A stretch of DNA of 64,000 nt from Phycisphaeraceae bacterium (GTDB lineage: Bacteria > Planctomycetota > Phycisphaerae > Phycisphaerales > Phycisphaeraceae). The stretch is from NCBI GenBank assembly GCA_963674705.1, contig OY771506.1, positions 4,000,001-4,064,000 of the forward strand. Direction: 5' to 3'. Position numbers and translations under genes: made by a program. The notes beneath the pieces were generated by a model. The model had not been told where the DNA came from, did not search any database, and saw nothing but the letters and a program-made list of their open reading frames with translations. Below are positions 28,560-38,646 of this stretch, piece after piece (within the stretch, counting starts at the first letter, position 1; every line of letters starts with the position of its first letter).

Positions 28560-29750
28560 ATGACGGACCAACCAACTCAGCAAAACACATTCGTGTCTAT
28601 GCGAGCTCCAATCGTAAAACAATCAAAAACCCGACTGGCTTTGCTGTGCGGGCTGCTGCTTGTGCTCATGCTGCTGATGATGGGCATGTACTACTCAATG
28701 CACCCGCAAGGTCCATTAGAGCGTGTTGAAGAACTGGAAACGGATTACGCCTTGATCCTATTCGGGCGGGATAAGTACCTGGATGAACGGCAGGACTTGT
28801 ATCACATTCACTACTTCGAAGTGCTCGCGTCCGATCACACAAGTGACAAGACCACATACCTGACCAACAAAAGCACGCCTCTGGGTTTATATCCGATGCA
28901 ATTGCTTGCTGGCCGCAGCCAGTTGCGGTTCCTGCTGGATGACCGGTTGATCGCTTTGGACTATCGCACGATGACGGCACAAGAGATTGCCGAGTTCAAA
29001 CACCTGGGCGACGAAGACAGTCATTTTGCGTGTTACCGGTATGTCGGATCGGATCAGACCGGCGACTACTTCACGCGACACCACGAATCCGCTGCAAGAT
29101 TGCAGTGGGGCGAAAGCGAGTTGTATCGGCTCGAAGCCGGACAAGCGGAGCTGAAACCGGTCGGCGCGTTCTATCAATTGTCGTACGATGCCGGGATGAT
29201 GTTCGTGGATGACGGCTCAGATGCGAGCTACCAGATTCATGTTTGGCGGCATGGACAACACCATGTCATCGATATGCCAACGGTGCAACAAAAACCGGAC
29301 ATCAGGCCGTACACATGGATCGATTATGTACCGGACCACGGATGTCTGTTGTCACAATCCTATTATGACAACCCGTATATCAATGACGTTCAGATCCCGC
29401 AGATGGGGATTATAAGCAAAAACACTTTCACATTGACGCAGATCAAAGCCAGGTATGCCCAGTGGACGTTTGACGGTCAGGTCGTCTTCGTCAATGAGTG
29501 GGGCGATCTATGCCTATACAACTCGATGAGTCAGACCGTATCGACGATTGTGCGCCACCCGGGCGTAATTGAAGTCAATGGCCTGGTCGTGCCGGTGCTC
29601 AATCCTGCACGCACGATGCTGGCATACATGTTTCGTCATAACGGCAAGACAAAAATACTTGTCGCGGACCTTGAGCAACGGGAATTCATTGTCATGGCTG
29701 GTGAATCAAACATGTATGACCTGGCGATGCTGCCTTCAAACCTGAATTAG
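28560..29750 (+). CDS. Hypothetical membrane-anchored protein, possibly a beta-propeller
   Basis: ~396-aa ORF with one N-terminal TM helix and a beta-strand-rich body. Confidence 0.65.
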   Translation: MTDQPTQQNTFVSMRAPIVKQSKTRLALLCGLLLVLMLLMMGMYYSMHPQGPLERVEELETDYALILFGRDKYLDERQDLYHIHYFEVLASDHTSDKTTYLTNKSTPLGLYPMQLLAGRSQLRFLLDDRLIALDYRTMTAQEIAEFKHLGDEDSHFACYRYVGSDQTGDYFTRHHESAARLQWGESELYRLEAGQAELKPVGAFYQLSYDAGMMFVDDGSDASYQIHVWRHGQHHVIDMPTVQQKPDIRPYTWIDYVPDHGCLLSQSYYDNPYINDVQIPQMGIISKNTFTLTQIKARYAQWTFDGQVVFVNEWGDLCLYNSMSQTVSTIVRHPGVIEVNGLVVPVLNPARTMLAYMFRHNGKTKILVADLEQREFIVMAGESNMYDLAMLPSNLN

Positions 29751-29756
29751 AAGGTC

Positions 29757-30872
29757 TCAGCCGGTCATCTTGCGGAAGTAGTCGGCGATTTTGTAGTAGA
29801 CCTGAGGCAGGGGGTCAGTGTGGTTTGTATGCCAGGCGTTGATGCTTGAAGGGGAAAGCCCTACCGGCCTCGCTCGGCCGTGCAGCAAAGCCGTGAAAAG
29901 TTGTCCGAACGCCAGACCGCTGTGCGTACATGGACCGGGTTCGCCAATGACGGGGCCATCCAGCTCCTGGCCCATGGTCATTCGTATCAAGTGATGCGGA
30001 AAGTTAACCCCCGCCCAAAGCGACCAGAGCAGCGAGCCCCAGAACCTGGGGTTGAGTTCGATGACATAAACCTGACGGGTTTGCTCATCGATGCGTAGGT
30101 CCAGATGAGCGACGCCAGTGTAGTTAGCGTATTCGGCGATGGCTTTGGCGATCCGAAAGACTTCGGGGTGTTCAAGAAAGTGGATCGTGCCGGGATTATG
30201 GGTATCGCGTTGCTGGATGGTCCAGGCCAGGAGTTTGCCGTGATCGGCGAGGATGCTGATGTCGATGTCCGGTCCATGGATGAACTTCTGAACCAGCAGT
30301 GGAAGCGCTTCGCCGGGCTCAGCATTTTGAACGTATTGATGTAACTGTTCGGGTGAATCGATTCGGCAGATGCCTTGGCCGTTCTCGCCGTTCGGTGGTT
30401 TGACGATAACGGGATATTCGATACCGATACCATCAATATCATCCATGCTTTCCAACATGTACGACTGCGGAGCAGGCAGATCGTGCTCATTGAGGAATTT
30501 GTAGAAGTTCCACTTGTTGTGCAGCAGATCGATCGTCTGAAGGTCCGGCAACGCGCCGATCCTGGCTTGCGTGATCTGATCCGATATCGCCGAGACAGCA
30601 AGCGTGCATCGCATGTCGGCGGGCAGCACGACTGTGATGCGATTATTCCGGCAGTAGTCGTTGATAAAGTCCGCCAACTCAGGCGTCGGCTCGGTCAGAA
30701 ACCGACGCGACTTGCACACGTGCTTAGTGCAATGGCGTGACAGTCGATCTGCGATGGATAATTGGCAGTCATTGCACAGATGAACTTGATAGCCCGCTTC
30801 CCCCAAACAGGTCATCAGCTGGAAGCCAAAGAGTTCGATGGTGGAGAGTACAAGTACGTTCATGGCTGCCAC
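29757..30872 (-). CDS. ATP-grasp domain carboxylate-amine ligase
   Basis: YPVIVKP..GENGQG, LLVQKFIHG, GVAHLD, VIELNPRFWGS. Confidence 0.88.
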   Translation of the reverse strand: MAAMNVLVLSTIELFGFQLMTCLGEAGYQVHLCNDCQLSIADRLSRHCTKHVCKSRRFLTEPTPELADFINDYCRNNRITVVLPADMRCTLAVSAISDQITQARIGALPDLQTIDLLHNKWNFYKFLNEHDLPAPQSYMLESMDDIDGIGIEYPVIVKPPNGENGQGICRIDSPEQLHQYVQNAEPGEALPLLVQKFIHGPDIDISILADHGKLLAWTIQQRDTHNPGTIHFLEHPEVFRIAKAIAEYANYTGVAHLDLRIDEQTRQVYVIELNPRFWGSLLWSLWAGVNFPHHLIRMTMGQELDGPVIGEPGPCTHSGLAFGQLFTALLHGRARPVGLSPSSINAWHTNHTDPLPQVYYKIADYFRKMTG

Positions 30873-31182
30873 TTATGACGGACAGCGATATGATCGGCGT
30901 AATACTCCCAGCAATGAATGCAACGCTGATTCAACAGTGTGAAAAACGATCCCCGATATTGCTCCAGCGGACTTTGCCGTCCTATAATCGGATACATCCA
31001 AAGCAACAACTAAGCACGATCTGATACGTAATTAACTGTATATATGACACTTAAATTTGCATTTGCGGCGGCATTCACCGCAAGTTAATCCCATTGATTT
31101 TCATTGCTAATTAATTTACTTTAATAGTGAATTTTCACGTCTTTGTTTGGTTCTGACACATCCAACCGTAAGGAGACGTTAC

Positions 31183-32226
31183 ATGAACGACCATGTATTG
31201 ACTCAGGACACAGCGTTCAGGCTGATGCGGTATTCCGCAGCTGCGAGCTTGGGCGCCTTTGCGTTTGGTCAGGCCGCAACAGAAACCATGGCTGAGGTGG
31301 CTTACACCGACCTCGGCGGAATTGTGATTGAGCGTGGCGAGTATGCCGAAGTCGATGTCGATGGCGACGGCTATCTCGACTTCCGTATGGTGAATACCGA
31401 AGCAGGCGGCATCGGCGGCTACGGCACCATGCAGTTCAACACCAGCATTGATGCTGCGTGGTATGGCCCGCCACAAACGGGCATCAATCCGGCTTCGTAT
31501 CTTCAGATCGACATGGAGGCCGATGCCACCCACGGCACCAACGCGTATTACTGTCGTTCGTTTATCGACACGCATGTCGTTGGCCCAAGCAACCCATATT
31601 GCTGGGACGAGACCGGCACCTCAGGCGGCCGGCTTTATGGTTTGCTTTCACAGTACCCCGGTTGGGACCAGAACTCGTTCTGGAATCCCTCGCCCAATCC
31701 AGTATCGTACGGCTACTCCTACAACGAATTCGCAGGGCTGCGCATGGTCGATATCAATGGCGATCAGCGCTGGGGATGGGTGCGGTTCCAGGTCGTCATT
31801 CATGATGCGGCGAACGAGAACAACTTCCCGATCCCGGACGGAAAACTTACACGCCACGACTTCTTCTGGGACACGGATCGCTACATGATCCTCTACGACT
31901 TTGCCTTTGAAACCGAGGTGAATGTAGACATCATCGCCAAGCTACTGGGTGATTTGAACGAAGACGCTTATGTGGGTCTTGATGATCTTGACATCATTCT
32001 GCAAGACTGGAACCACGGCGACCCCAGCCCGCCGAACGATCCGATCGTCGATCCGCGGGCTGATGCGAATGGAGATGGTTTTGTCGGCCTGGACGATCTG
32101 GACATGGTGCTGACTACGTGGAATAAAGGTGCACCACCCGTAGAGCTTCCGACCCCGGAACCCGGTGCGCTTGGGCTGCTTGCCGCGGGGATAGGCGCAT
32201 TATCACTGAGGAGGAACAAGAGGTAA
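31183..32226 (+). CDS. Secreted protein with dockerin-like pair and PEP-CTERM (paralogue 1)
   Basis: AGGAG RBS; GDLNEDAYVGLDDL and ADANGDGFVGLDDL; TPEPGALGLLAAG..RRNKR. Confidence 0.9.
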   Translation: MNDHVLTQDTAFRLMRYSAAASLGAFAFGQAATETMAEVAYTDLGGIVIERGEYAEVDVDGDGYLDFRMVNTEAGGIGGYGTMQFNTSIDAAWYGPPQTGINPASYLQIDMEADATHGTNAYYCRSFIDTHVVGPSNPYCWDETGTSGGRLYGLLSQYPGWDQNSFWNPSPNPVSYGYSYNEFAGLRMVDINGDQRWGWVRFQVVIHDAANENNFPIPDGKLTRHDFFWDTDRYMILYDFAFETEVNVDIIAKLLGDLNEDAYVGLDDLDIILQDWNHGDPSPPNDPIVDPRADANGDGFVGLDDLDMVLTTWNKGAPPVELPTPEPGALGLLAAGIGALSLRRNKR

Positions 32227-32363
32227 GTACGGTATTGAACGAATCGAACTGATGCATAACAACGATACGGATCATCGAACAGATTGGCCCGTGCGATCAT
32301 ATCCAGGCAATGGGTATAGTCGCGCGGGTCGCCTTGAAGCTGTAGTAAATAAAGGAATCGGCA

Positions 32364-33440
32364 ATGGGTGAAGTTCAGTTGAATCGAGAAACGGCGGTCA
32401 GACTACTTCAGTATTCAACCGCTGCCGGGCTGGGCGCTTTTGCGTTCGGGGCGCAGACGCCGGAAGCATTGTCTGCGGTGGTTTACACCGATCTTGGCGG
32501 GATCGTGATTGAGCGCGGTGAATCCGCTGAATTCGATGTCGATGGGGATGGATATCTTGACTTCCGGCTTGTCAATACGAACGCCGGCGGCATCAGCGGT
32601 TACGGCACCGTGCGGTTCATGACCAGTATCGATGCGGGGTGGTACGGCCCACCAGTAACGAGTGTCAATCCGGCATCGTATGCCCAAATAAATGCAAGTA
32701 TAACTCGTATCCACGATACCTATTACATCAATTCATTTATTGATGGCGAAGTCATCGGCCCAGGCAATCCGAGTTGTATCGATGAGCCGCCCAGCAGCGG
32801 AGGCCAGTTCTATGGTCTGCTGTCGCAGTATCCCGGTTGGGACAAGCACTCGTTCTGGAATCCTTCGCCCAACCCAAGCTCTTATGGCTATGACTACAAC
32901 GAATACGCCGGCCTGCGCATGGTCGATATCAACGGTGATACACGCTATGCCTGGATACGCTTCCAGATTGTGATCCACGACACTGCGAGCACGAGCGGTT
33001 TCCCGATCCCGGACGGCCAGATCACGTATCACGACTTCTTCTGGGATACGGATCGGTATGTGGTCCTATACGACTATGCATATGGGACGGATCCGAACAC
33101 TGATATCTGCAGTGGATGTGATGACGGATGCTGGGGCGATCATCCATGTAAAGCAGCGGACCTGAACGAAGATTGTTACGTCGGTCTGGCTGATCTTGAT
33201 ATCGTCCTCAGCAACTGGAACCGCGGTGATCCCGGTATCGGCCCGTTATTGCCAATCCTCGATCAGCGAGCTGATGTTGACGGCGATGGCTATGTCGGCC
33301 TGAACGACCTTGACTGGATATTACAGTGTTGGGCCCAAGGCACGCCACCGACCACGTTGGTGCCGGAACCGGGCGCCTTAGGCCTGCTGGCAGCGGGAGC
33401 GGGTGCGCTTGCACTGAATCGCAGCCGCAGGCGATCATAA
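32364..33440 (+). CDS. Secreted protein with dockerin-like pair and PEP-CTERM (paralogue 2)
   Basis: Collinear with 31183-32226; ADLNEDCYVGLADL and ADVDGDGYVGLNDL; VPEPGALG. Confidence 0.9.
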   Translation: MGEVQLNRETAVRLLQYSTAAGLGAFAFGAQTPEALSAVVYTDLGGIVIERGESAEFDVDGDGYLDFRLVNTNAGGISGYGTVRFMTSIDAGWYGPPVTSVNPASYAQINASITRIHDTYYINSFIDGEVIGPGNPSCIDEPPSSGGQFYGLLSQYPGWDKHSFWNPSPNPSSYGYDYNEYAGLRMVDINGDTRYAWIRFQIVIHDTASTSGFPIPDGQITYHDFFWDTDRYVVLYDYAYGTDPNTDICSGCDDGCWGDHPCKAADLNEDCYVGLADLDIVLSNWNRGDPGIGPLLPILDQRADVDGDGYVGLNDLDWILQCWAQGTPPTTLVPEPGALGLLAAGAGALALNRSRRRS

Positions 33441-33462
33441 GTATTCGAAGCTGGTTGAGGTA

Positions 33463-33543
33463 TTACACGCGATCTTTGGGCGTCAGGAATCGTGTGACTT
33501 TGAAGGCGCGGTTGCCGCGGTATTGGCCTAGTTGGCCGATGTA
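33463..33543 (-). pseudogene. Orphan duplicate of the fliM 3' end
   Basis: Encodes YIGQLGQYRGNRAFKVTRFLTPKDRV*; 66/81 nt identical to 34247-34327. Confidence 0.9.
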
Positions 33544-33632
33544 TGTGTGTCGTTCTCAAATAGCATGCGGGACGGATGATAAATATTGCACGAAAGCCTT
33601 AGATCAATAATCGCAGATTTGATACGGAAGGC

Positions 33633-34169
33633 CTAGAAAATCGGCCACAATCCCATCTCTGTGACTGCGAGGATGGCCACCATAGGCGTGAATATCAGTT
33701 CCGCTGCTAATCCCAACCAGCAAGTAAACTTTGCCAACTCTGTTGTTTTACCTTGCCGGTGTCTGCGGAGATTATCTGCAAACCAGATAACAGGAGCCAC
33801 AGAGAAACCGAACGCCAGGTAGCATAAGAGATACCAGCTCAATGATCGATCGTGTTGAGGAGGTAAATCAGAGAATCTACCGCCTAGATTGGGAAATACG
33901 TTGGGTAATTTCCCGAGCACAACACCAATCGTTATAAGAAACAAGAAAACATAGGATGCGATGATAGCGGATGCATTTTCAGTCTTCTGAATTAGTGCCG
34001 TGGCAAAGAGAGCCGGCAGAACAAACATAAACAGAATTCCGCGACTTAAACCTCTGACCGCTATCAAATGGGCGATTGGGATCAAGAATCCAATAACCGG
34101 CAAGGGATTGTGTTCACGAAGATACCGCAGGCAACGAGTGGAGATATGTATGTGTTCCGTCTTACTCAT
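33633..34169 (-). CDS. Hypothetical multi-pass membrane protein (AT-rich)
   Basis: 178-aa ORF with about 5 hydrophobic segments; visibly lower GC than neighbours. Confidence 0.65.
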   Translation of the reverse strand: MSKTEHIHISTRCLRYLREHNPLPVIGFLIPIAHLIAVRGLSRGILFMFVLPALFATALIQKTENASAIIASYVFLFLITIGVVLGKLPNVFPNLGGRFSDLPPQHDRSLSWYLLCYLAFGFSVAPVIWFADNLRRHRQGKTTELAKFTCWLGLAAELIFTPMVAILAVTEMGLWPIF

Positions 34170-34246
34170 GTAACTGAATTCTAGAAAAATAGCTCTACCC
34201 GCACAATCACAGGAACTAGATACCCCAAGTAAAGATAATCAGTCAT

Positions 34247-35275
34247 TCACACCCGGTCTTTAGGTGTAATCGACCGTGAGACCTTGAACGCGCGGTTGCC
34301 GCGGTACTGGCCGAGTTGGCCGATGTATTTGCGGCGGCCGCCGACGGACAGGGACAGCGGGCTGGAGGCGGGTTTTTCGGTGAGGATGACGTCGCCGACC
34401 TGCAGGTTCATCAGGTCGTTTACGCTCATGGTGGTGTCGGCAAGGACGGCGGTGACTTCAAGCTTGGCTGCTTCGAGGTGACCCTCGAGGCGGTGGCGTA
34501 GCTGCTTGTCTTTCTTGTTCTTCTTGTAAGCTGCCCAGGTCTGGCTGGAGAGCTTGTCGATCACCGGCTCGATGACGTTGTAGGGGATGCACAGGCTCAT
34601 CGTGCCGGCACGTGTGCCCATCTTCACTTCAAAGTTGACGACGACGACGACTTCGTTGGGCGGAACGATCTGCACGAGCGCGGGGTTGGACTCTGTGTCT
34701 TCCAACTGGAAGTTGGCTGGGACGATATTGGCCCAAGCCTCCGCCAGGCCCATCTTCGCGCGGTCGATGATCTTGCTGACCAGTCGGAGCTCGATCGCGG
34801 TCAGCGGCCGCTGCGGGATGAAAAGGTCCGCATTGGAACCGCCGAGCAGGCGGTCGATGACGGGGTAGATGATCAGCGGGCTGATTTCCAGACACATGTT
34901 GCCGTCCAGCGGCTCGCAGGAAAGCAGGTTAAAGCATGTGGGGTTGGGCAGGGCGTGGGTGAACTCGCTGAAGGTCATCTGCTCGATATTGGAAACCTTG
35001 ACCTCCATGATCGTGCGTAGAAAGCCGGAAAGCAGGGCACCGTAACTGCGGGCGAATGCCTCATGCAGCGTTTCGAGGGCGCGCATCTGGTCTTTACTGA
35101 CGCGCTCGGGCCGTTTGAAGTCGTAGTCGCGAACCTCGACATCTTCAGTGCTGCCGACACGACGCCGACTGAAGAACACCGGATCGGTCGACTCATGCTT
35201 CTCCTCGGCTGAGTCGCTGGACCCGACAGCCGCCAACAGGGCATCAACTTCACTTTGATCAAGCAGGTCAGACAT
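34247..35275 (-). CDS. fliM: Flagellar motor switch protein FliM
   Basis: MSDLLDQSEVDALL, YDFKRPERVSKDQMR, IDRLLGG, ESNP, LCIPY, C-terminal SPOA domain. Confidence 0.96.
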   Translation of the reverse strand: MSDLLDQSEVDALLAAVGSSDSAEEKHESTDPVFFSRRRVGSTEDVEVRDYDFKRPERVSKDQMRALETLHEAFARSYGALLSGFLRTIMEVKVSNIEQMTFSEFTHALPNPTCFNLLSCEPLDGNMCLEISPLIIYPVIDRLLGGSNADLFIPQRPLTAIELRLVSKIIDRAKMGLAEAWANIVPANFQLEDTESNPALVQIVPPNEVVVVVNFEVKMGTRAGTMSLCIPYNVIEPVIDKLSSQTWAAYKKNKKDKQLRHRLEGHLEAAKLEVTAVLADTTMSVNDLMNLQVGDVILTEKPASSPLSLSVGGRRKYIGQLGQYRGNRAFKVSRSITPKDRV

Positions 35276-35453
35276 CGATTGAACAGCATCCTCAAGATCG
35301 GGGTTCTGAGGATTGTTATCGGCCTCAGGGCATGCCGATCTTGAGAACCAGCCAGCAGATACAGCCTTCGTAAGGTAAAATCGGTTCTTCCAGGAAGTGG
35401 CGGACCACGATCCTGCTGATTCTGAACACCAATCCAACCCCCCGGTACCGATC

Positions 35454-35915
35454 ATGAGCTTACAAGACAAACTCGCTGAACTGGGCTTAGAGCTACCCGA
35501 ATCACCGTTGACCGTCGCTGCGTACCTGCCCGCGGTACGCACCGGCAATCTGGTCGTTGTCAGCGGCCAACTGCCGCTGGTCAATGGCAAACTGGAAGTA
35601 AACGGCCCTGTGCCTTCGAAGACCTCGATGGAAGTGGCTCAAAAAGCAGCGGCACAGTGCGTTTTGAATGGCCTGGCGGCGTTGGGCACGCTGATCGAGC
35701 GGGATTTTTCCCGCCTGGTCGGCGTGATCCGGGTGGGAGTATTCGTCGCATCGGACTCAAACTTCAACGAGCAGCACCTGGTCGCCAACGGTGCTAGTGA
35801 GTTGCTGAATAAGCTTTTGGGCGAAAAAGGCCGGCACGCAAGGACGGCGGTGGGGGTGCCATGCCTGCCGCTGGGGACGCCTGTAGAGATAGAATTCATG
35901 TTTGAGGTGGCATAG
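35454..35915 (+). CDS. RidA/YjgF family protein
   Basis: AAYLPAVRTGNLVVVSGQLP, ANGASELL, GRHARTAVG. Confidence 0.9.
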   Translation: MSLQDKLAELGLELPESPLTVAAYLPAVRTGNLVVVSGQLPLVNGKLEVNGPVPSKTSMEVAQKAAAQCVLNGLAALGTLIERDFSRLVGVIRVGVFVASDSNFNEQHLVANGASELLNKLLGEKGRHARTAVGVPCLPLGTPVEIEFMFEVA

Positions 35916-36137
35916 ACCGTTGGGTGGATTCGTAGCCGAGCGGCCATGCCCGATGATCCCAAGGTTGACGAAAGGTCGATTTACAGCGACACTTACGGGT
36001 CGTGACCCTGCTGTCACGATGGGTTGCTCAGGCATCCCAGCCAGGGGGTTTGAACGGTTTGGGGCACTGTCCGCGAAAAGCGGGTAATACGTCGGCCGTC
36101 GAGGCCGGTATCAGCTTGTAACATCGGAGTGAATCAC

Positions 36138-37496
36138 ATGGCACGTGCACGTGGTGGCGGCGGATCAGGCTCGGCTTGGGCATTGGTGATCTTCGGCGCA
36201 GGCTTTTTTATATGCCTGATTTTGGCCATCATATTCTTCACGCAGATCAACGGCGCAAAAGAGGCGCAAAAGAAAGCGGAGAACAGTCTCCGTGAATTCG
36301 TAACCGGTAGCGAGCAAGGTTTGCCCGAGGTTGACGAATTGCGTGCCAGGGACGGCTCGGTCGTTGGTGCGTTGCTGGAAGAGCGCGGCTGGCTGCGAAA
36401 GGTCGTTGCCAGTGATCCGACCAAGAGCCAGGAAGAGATCGAGGCTTCGATCAATTCGTTGAGTGTTCAGGGCAAGGCCCTGCTTCAGGAAGTCACGCAG
36501 CTTCAGAACCAACTATCCGGCGCCAATGAACTGCAAGAGACGTTGAACCAGGAACTGGAAGCCGCCCGTGCCCGCGCGGAAGAAGCAGAAGCCAGCAAGG
36601 CCAGGCTCGACGAGAACTACAAGAACTCCATTGCCAACCTGCAACAGACGCTGGATCAAACCGAAGCGGTATTGGAAACAACTCGTCAGAAAATCCAGGA
36701 GCAGAAGTCATCACTCGACGGCGAAATGTCCGCCACGCGTCAGGAATATGTCGATCGTATCGCGTCACTTGAGCAGAGTGTTAGCGATAAGCAGAAACAG
36801 ATCGACGAACTCCGTAAGGAGTTATACGTGTCACGTGGTATCGGTGGCCAGGACCCGGGTCCCGGCAACCTGACACGGCCTGACGGTCGCATTGTCTCAA
36901 TGGGGACAAATCCGGGGGAAGTGTTCATCAGCCTTGGTCGTGACGACCGTCTCCAGTTGGGCATGACCTTCGAGGTTTTCGATGCGAACGAGTTGATCAA
37001 GCTTACCGAGTACAACGAGCTTCGCGGCAAGGCGACGTTGGAAGTCGTCAGTGTGGATGAGTCGGCTTCGTTGGCTCGCGTGGTCCGCTTGGAACGGGGT
37101 CGGGCGATTAGCGAAGGCGACGCCATCGTGAACCTGGTGTACGACCCGGAAGCGACCTACAAGTTCTACGTCTACGGCGAGTTCTCGTTTGACGGCCTGC
37201 CCGCCAACGAAGCCGGCAGGGACCGGATCGTCAGCAAGATCCTGCAGTGGGGCGGCAAGGTCAGCGACGAATTGACCTACGATGTGGATTACCTGGTGCT
37301 CGGTCAGGAGCCGCCGCTGCCGTCGCCTCCGCCGGAGGGTGAAGTGGACCCGGTGAAGATCGCTGAGTATGTCCAAGCCCAGCGGGTGTATGAGACGTAC
37401 CAGGAACTGATCGGTGAGGCACGTGATCCCTCGCTGAACATCCCGATCCTGAATCAGAACCGGTTCCTGGCTCTGGTCGGCGACTACGACCGGTAG
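36138..37496 (+). CDS. Membrane-anchored coiled-coil protein with C-terminal BRCT-like domain
   Basis: TM helix, long heptad-rich region, then WGGKVSDELTYDVDYLVLG. Confidence 0.7.
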   Translation: MARARGGGGSGSAWALVIFGAGFFICLILAIIFFTQINGAKEAQKKAENSLREFVTGSEQGLPEVDELRARDGSVVGALLEERGWLRKVVASDPTKSQEEIEASINSLSVQGKALLQEVTQLQNQLSGANELQETLNQELEAARARAEEAEASKARLDENYKNSIANLQQTLDQTEAVLETTRQKIQEQKSSLDGEMSATRQEYVDRIASLEQSVSDKQKQIDELRKELYVSRGIGGQDPGPGNLTRPDGRIVSMGTNPGEVFISLGRDDRLQLGMTFEVFDANELIKLTEYNELRGKATLEVVSVDESASLARVVRLERGRAISEGDAIVNLVYDPEATYKFYVYGEFSFDGLPANEAGRDRIVSKILQWGGKVSDELTYDVDYLVLGQEPPLPSPPPEGEVDPVKIAEYVQAQRVYETYQELIGEARDPSLNIPILNQNRFLALVGDYDR

Positions 37497-37508
37497 GCCA
37501 GATCGTCG

Positions 37509-38522
37509 ATGGCAAAAAACCAAGGCCCGATCGCCATATGGAGCCAGTACCTGGGCGCACGCCTGGCGGCGATGGGTCTGACGATGTTCAATGTCGAAGC
37601 GAACCTGCACACGGCCGCGGCGATCGGCCGGGCAATGTACGCGTGGGATAAACGCCATCGGGAGCGTGCCGCCCGAAGCATCAGCCTGGCTTTCCCGGAT
37701 CTCAGCGAAGGACAAGTACAGCGGGTCTGCAAGGCCTCCTTCGAGCACTTCGTCCAACTGGCGTTCGAGGTGATCCACACGCCGCGTGTGATCAGCAGAG
37801 ACTCCTGGGCCCACCGCATGACCGCGGCCAACCTCGGCCCGGCGATGGACCTGCTCAACGCTCGCAAGCCCGTGATCCTCGTCACGGGCCACCTGGGTAA
37901 CTGGGAGGTGCTGGGCTACCTGCTGGCGGTCATCGGCTACGAGGTCGATGCGATCGCCCGGCCGATCGACAACCCGCTGATCAACGACTGGCTGCTGGGG
38001 ATCCGCGAGAACAAGGGGATGCGGATCATCACGAAGTGGGACGCAACGGACCGGATGCTGGAAGTGCTGGGCAACGGTGGGGCGTTGGGCTTCATCGCGG
38101 ACCAGAATGCCGGCGACAAGGGCATGTTCGTGCCGTTTTTTGGCCGATTGGCCAGTTCGTACAAGTCGATCGGGCTGCTGGCGATCAGGCAGGAAGTACC
38201 GATCGTGTGCGGGTATGCCCATCGGGTCGGCCCCGGATTTCACTACGAACTGGGCGTCGCAGACGTGATCCGGCCGGACGATTGGCAAGACAGGCATGAC
38301 CCGTTGTATTATGTGACAGCCAGATACGCCCGGGCGATCGAGGCGATGGTCCGATTACGGCCCGAGCAGTATTTGTGGATGCACCGGCGATGGAAGAGTC
38401 GACCCCGCCACGAGCGGCTGGGCAAACCCATGCCCAAGGCGTTGAGGCAGAATCTGGAGGCCCTGCCTTGGATGGATCAGACCCAGATGGACCGGCTGCT
38501 GAATCCACCGGAACCCGCCTGA
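37509..38522 (+). CDS. Lipid A late acyltransferase (LpxL/HtrB family)
   Basis: TGHLGNWE, ADQN, FVPFFG, PEQYLWMHRRWK. Confidence 0.9.
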   Translation: MAKNQGPIAIWSQYLGARLAAMGLTMFNVEANLHTAAAIGRAMYAWDKRHRERAARSISLAFPDLSEGQVQRVCKASFEHFVQLAFEVIHTPRVISRDSWAHRMTAANLGPAMDLLNARKPVILVTGHLGNWEVLGYLLAVIGYEVDAIARPIDNPLINDWLLGIRENKGMRIITKWDATDRMLEVLGNGGALGFIADQNAGDKGMFVPFFGRLASSYKSIGLLAIRQEVPIVCGYAHRVGPGFHYELGVADVIRPDDWQDRHDPLYYVTARYARAIEAMVRLRPEQYLWMHRRWKSRPRHERLGKPMPKALRQNLEALPWMDQTQMDRLLNPPEPA

Positions 38523-38646
38523 CCGACCGATTAGAGCTGGGCTGATTTCCGGACCCCGCCTAGGATAGTGATGGCCATTAAGTCATACCGATCCTGAATA
38601 CCCCCCAAACTGTTCCCCCCAATCCCGTGGAAACTATTTAACGAAG

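Noticed and set aside
33463..34327. Diversity-generating retroelement TR/VR pair
   Set aside because: Only 6 of 15 mismatches are at adenines of the copy, most changes are synonymous, and no reverse transcriptase is present.
36897..38297. 466-aa minus-strand ORF
   Set aside because: Antisense to two well-supported plus-strand genes and has no recognisable motifs.
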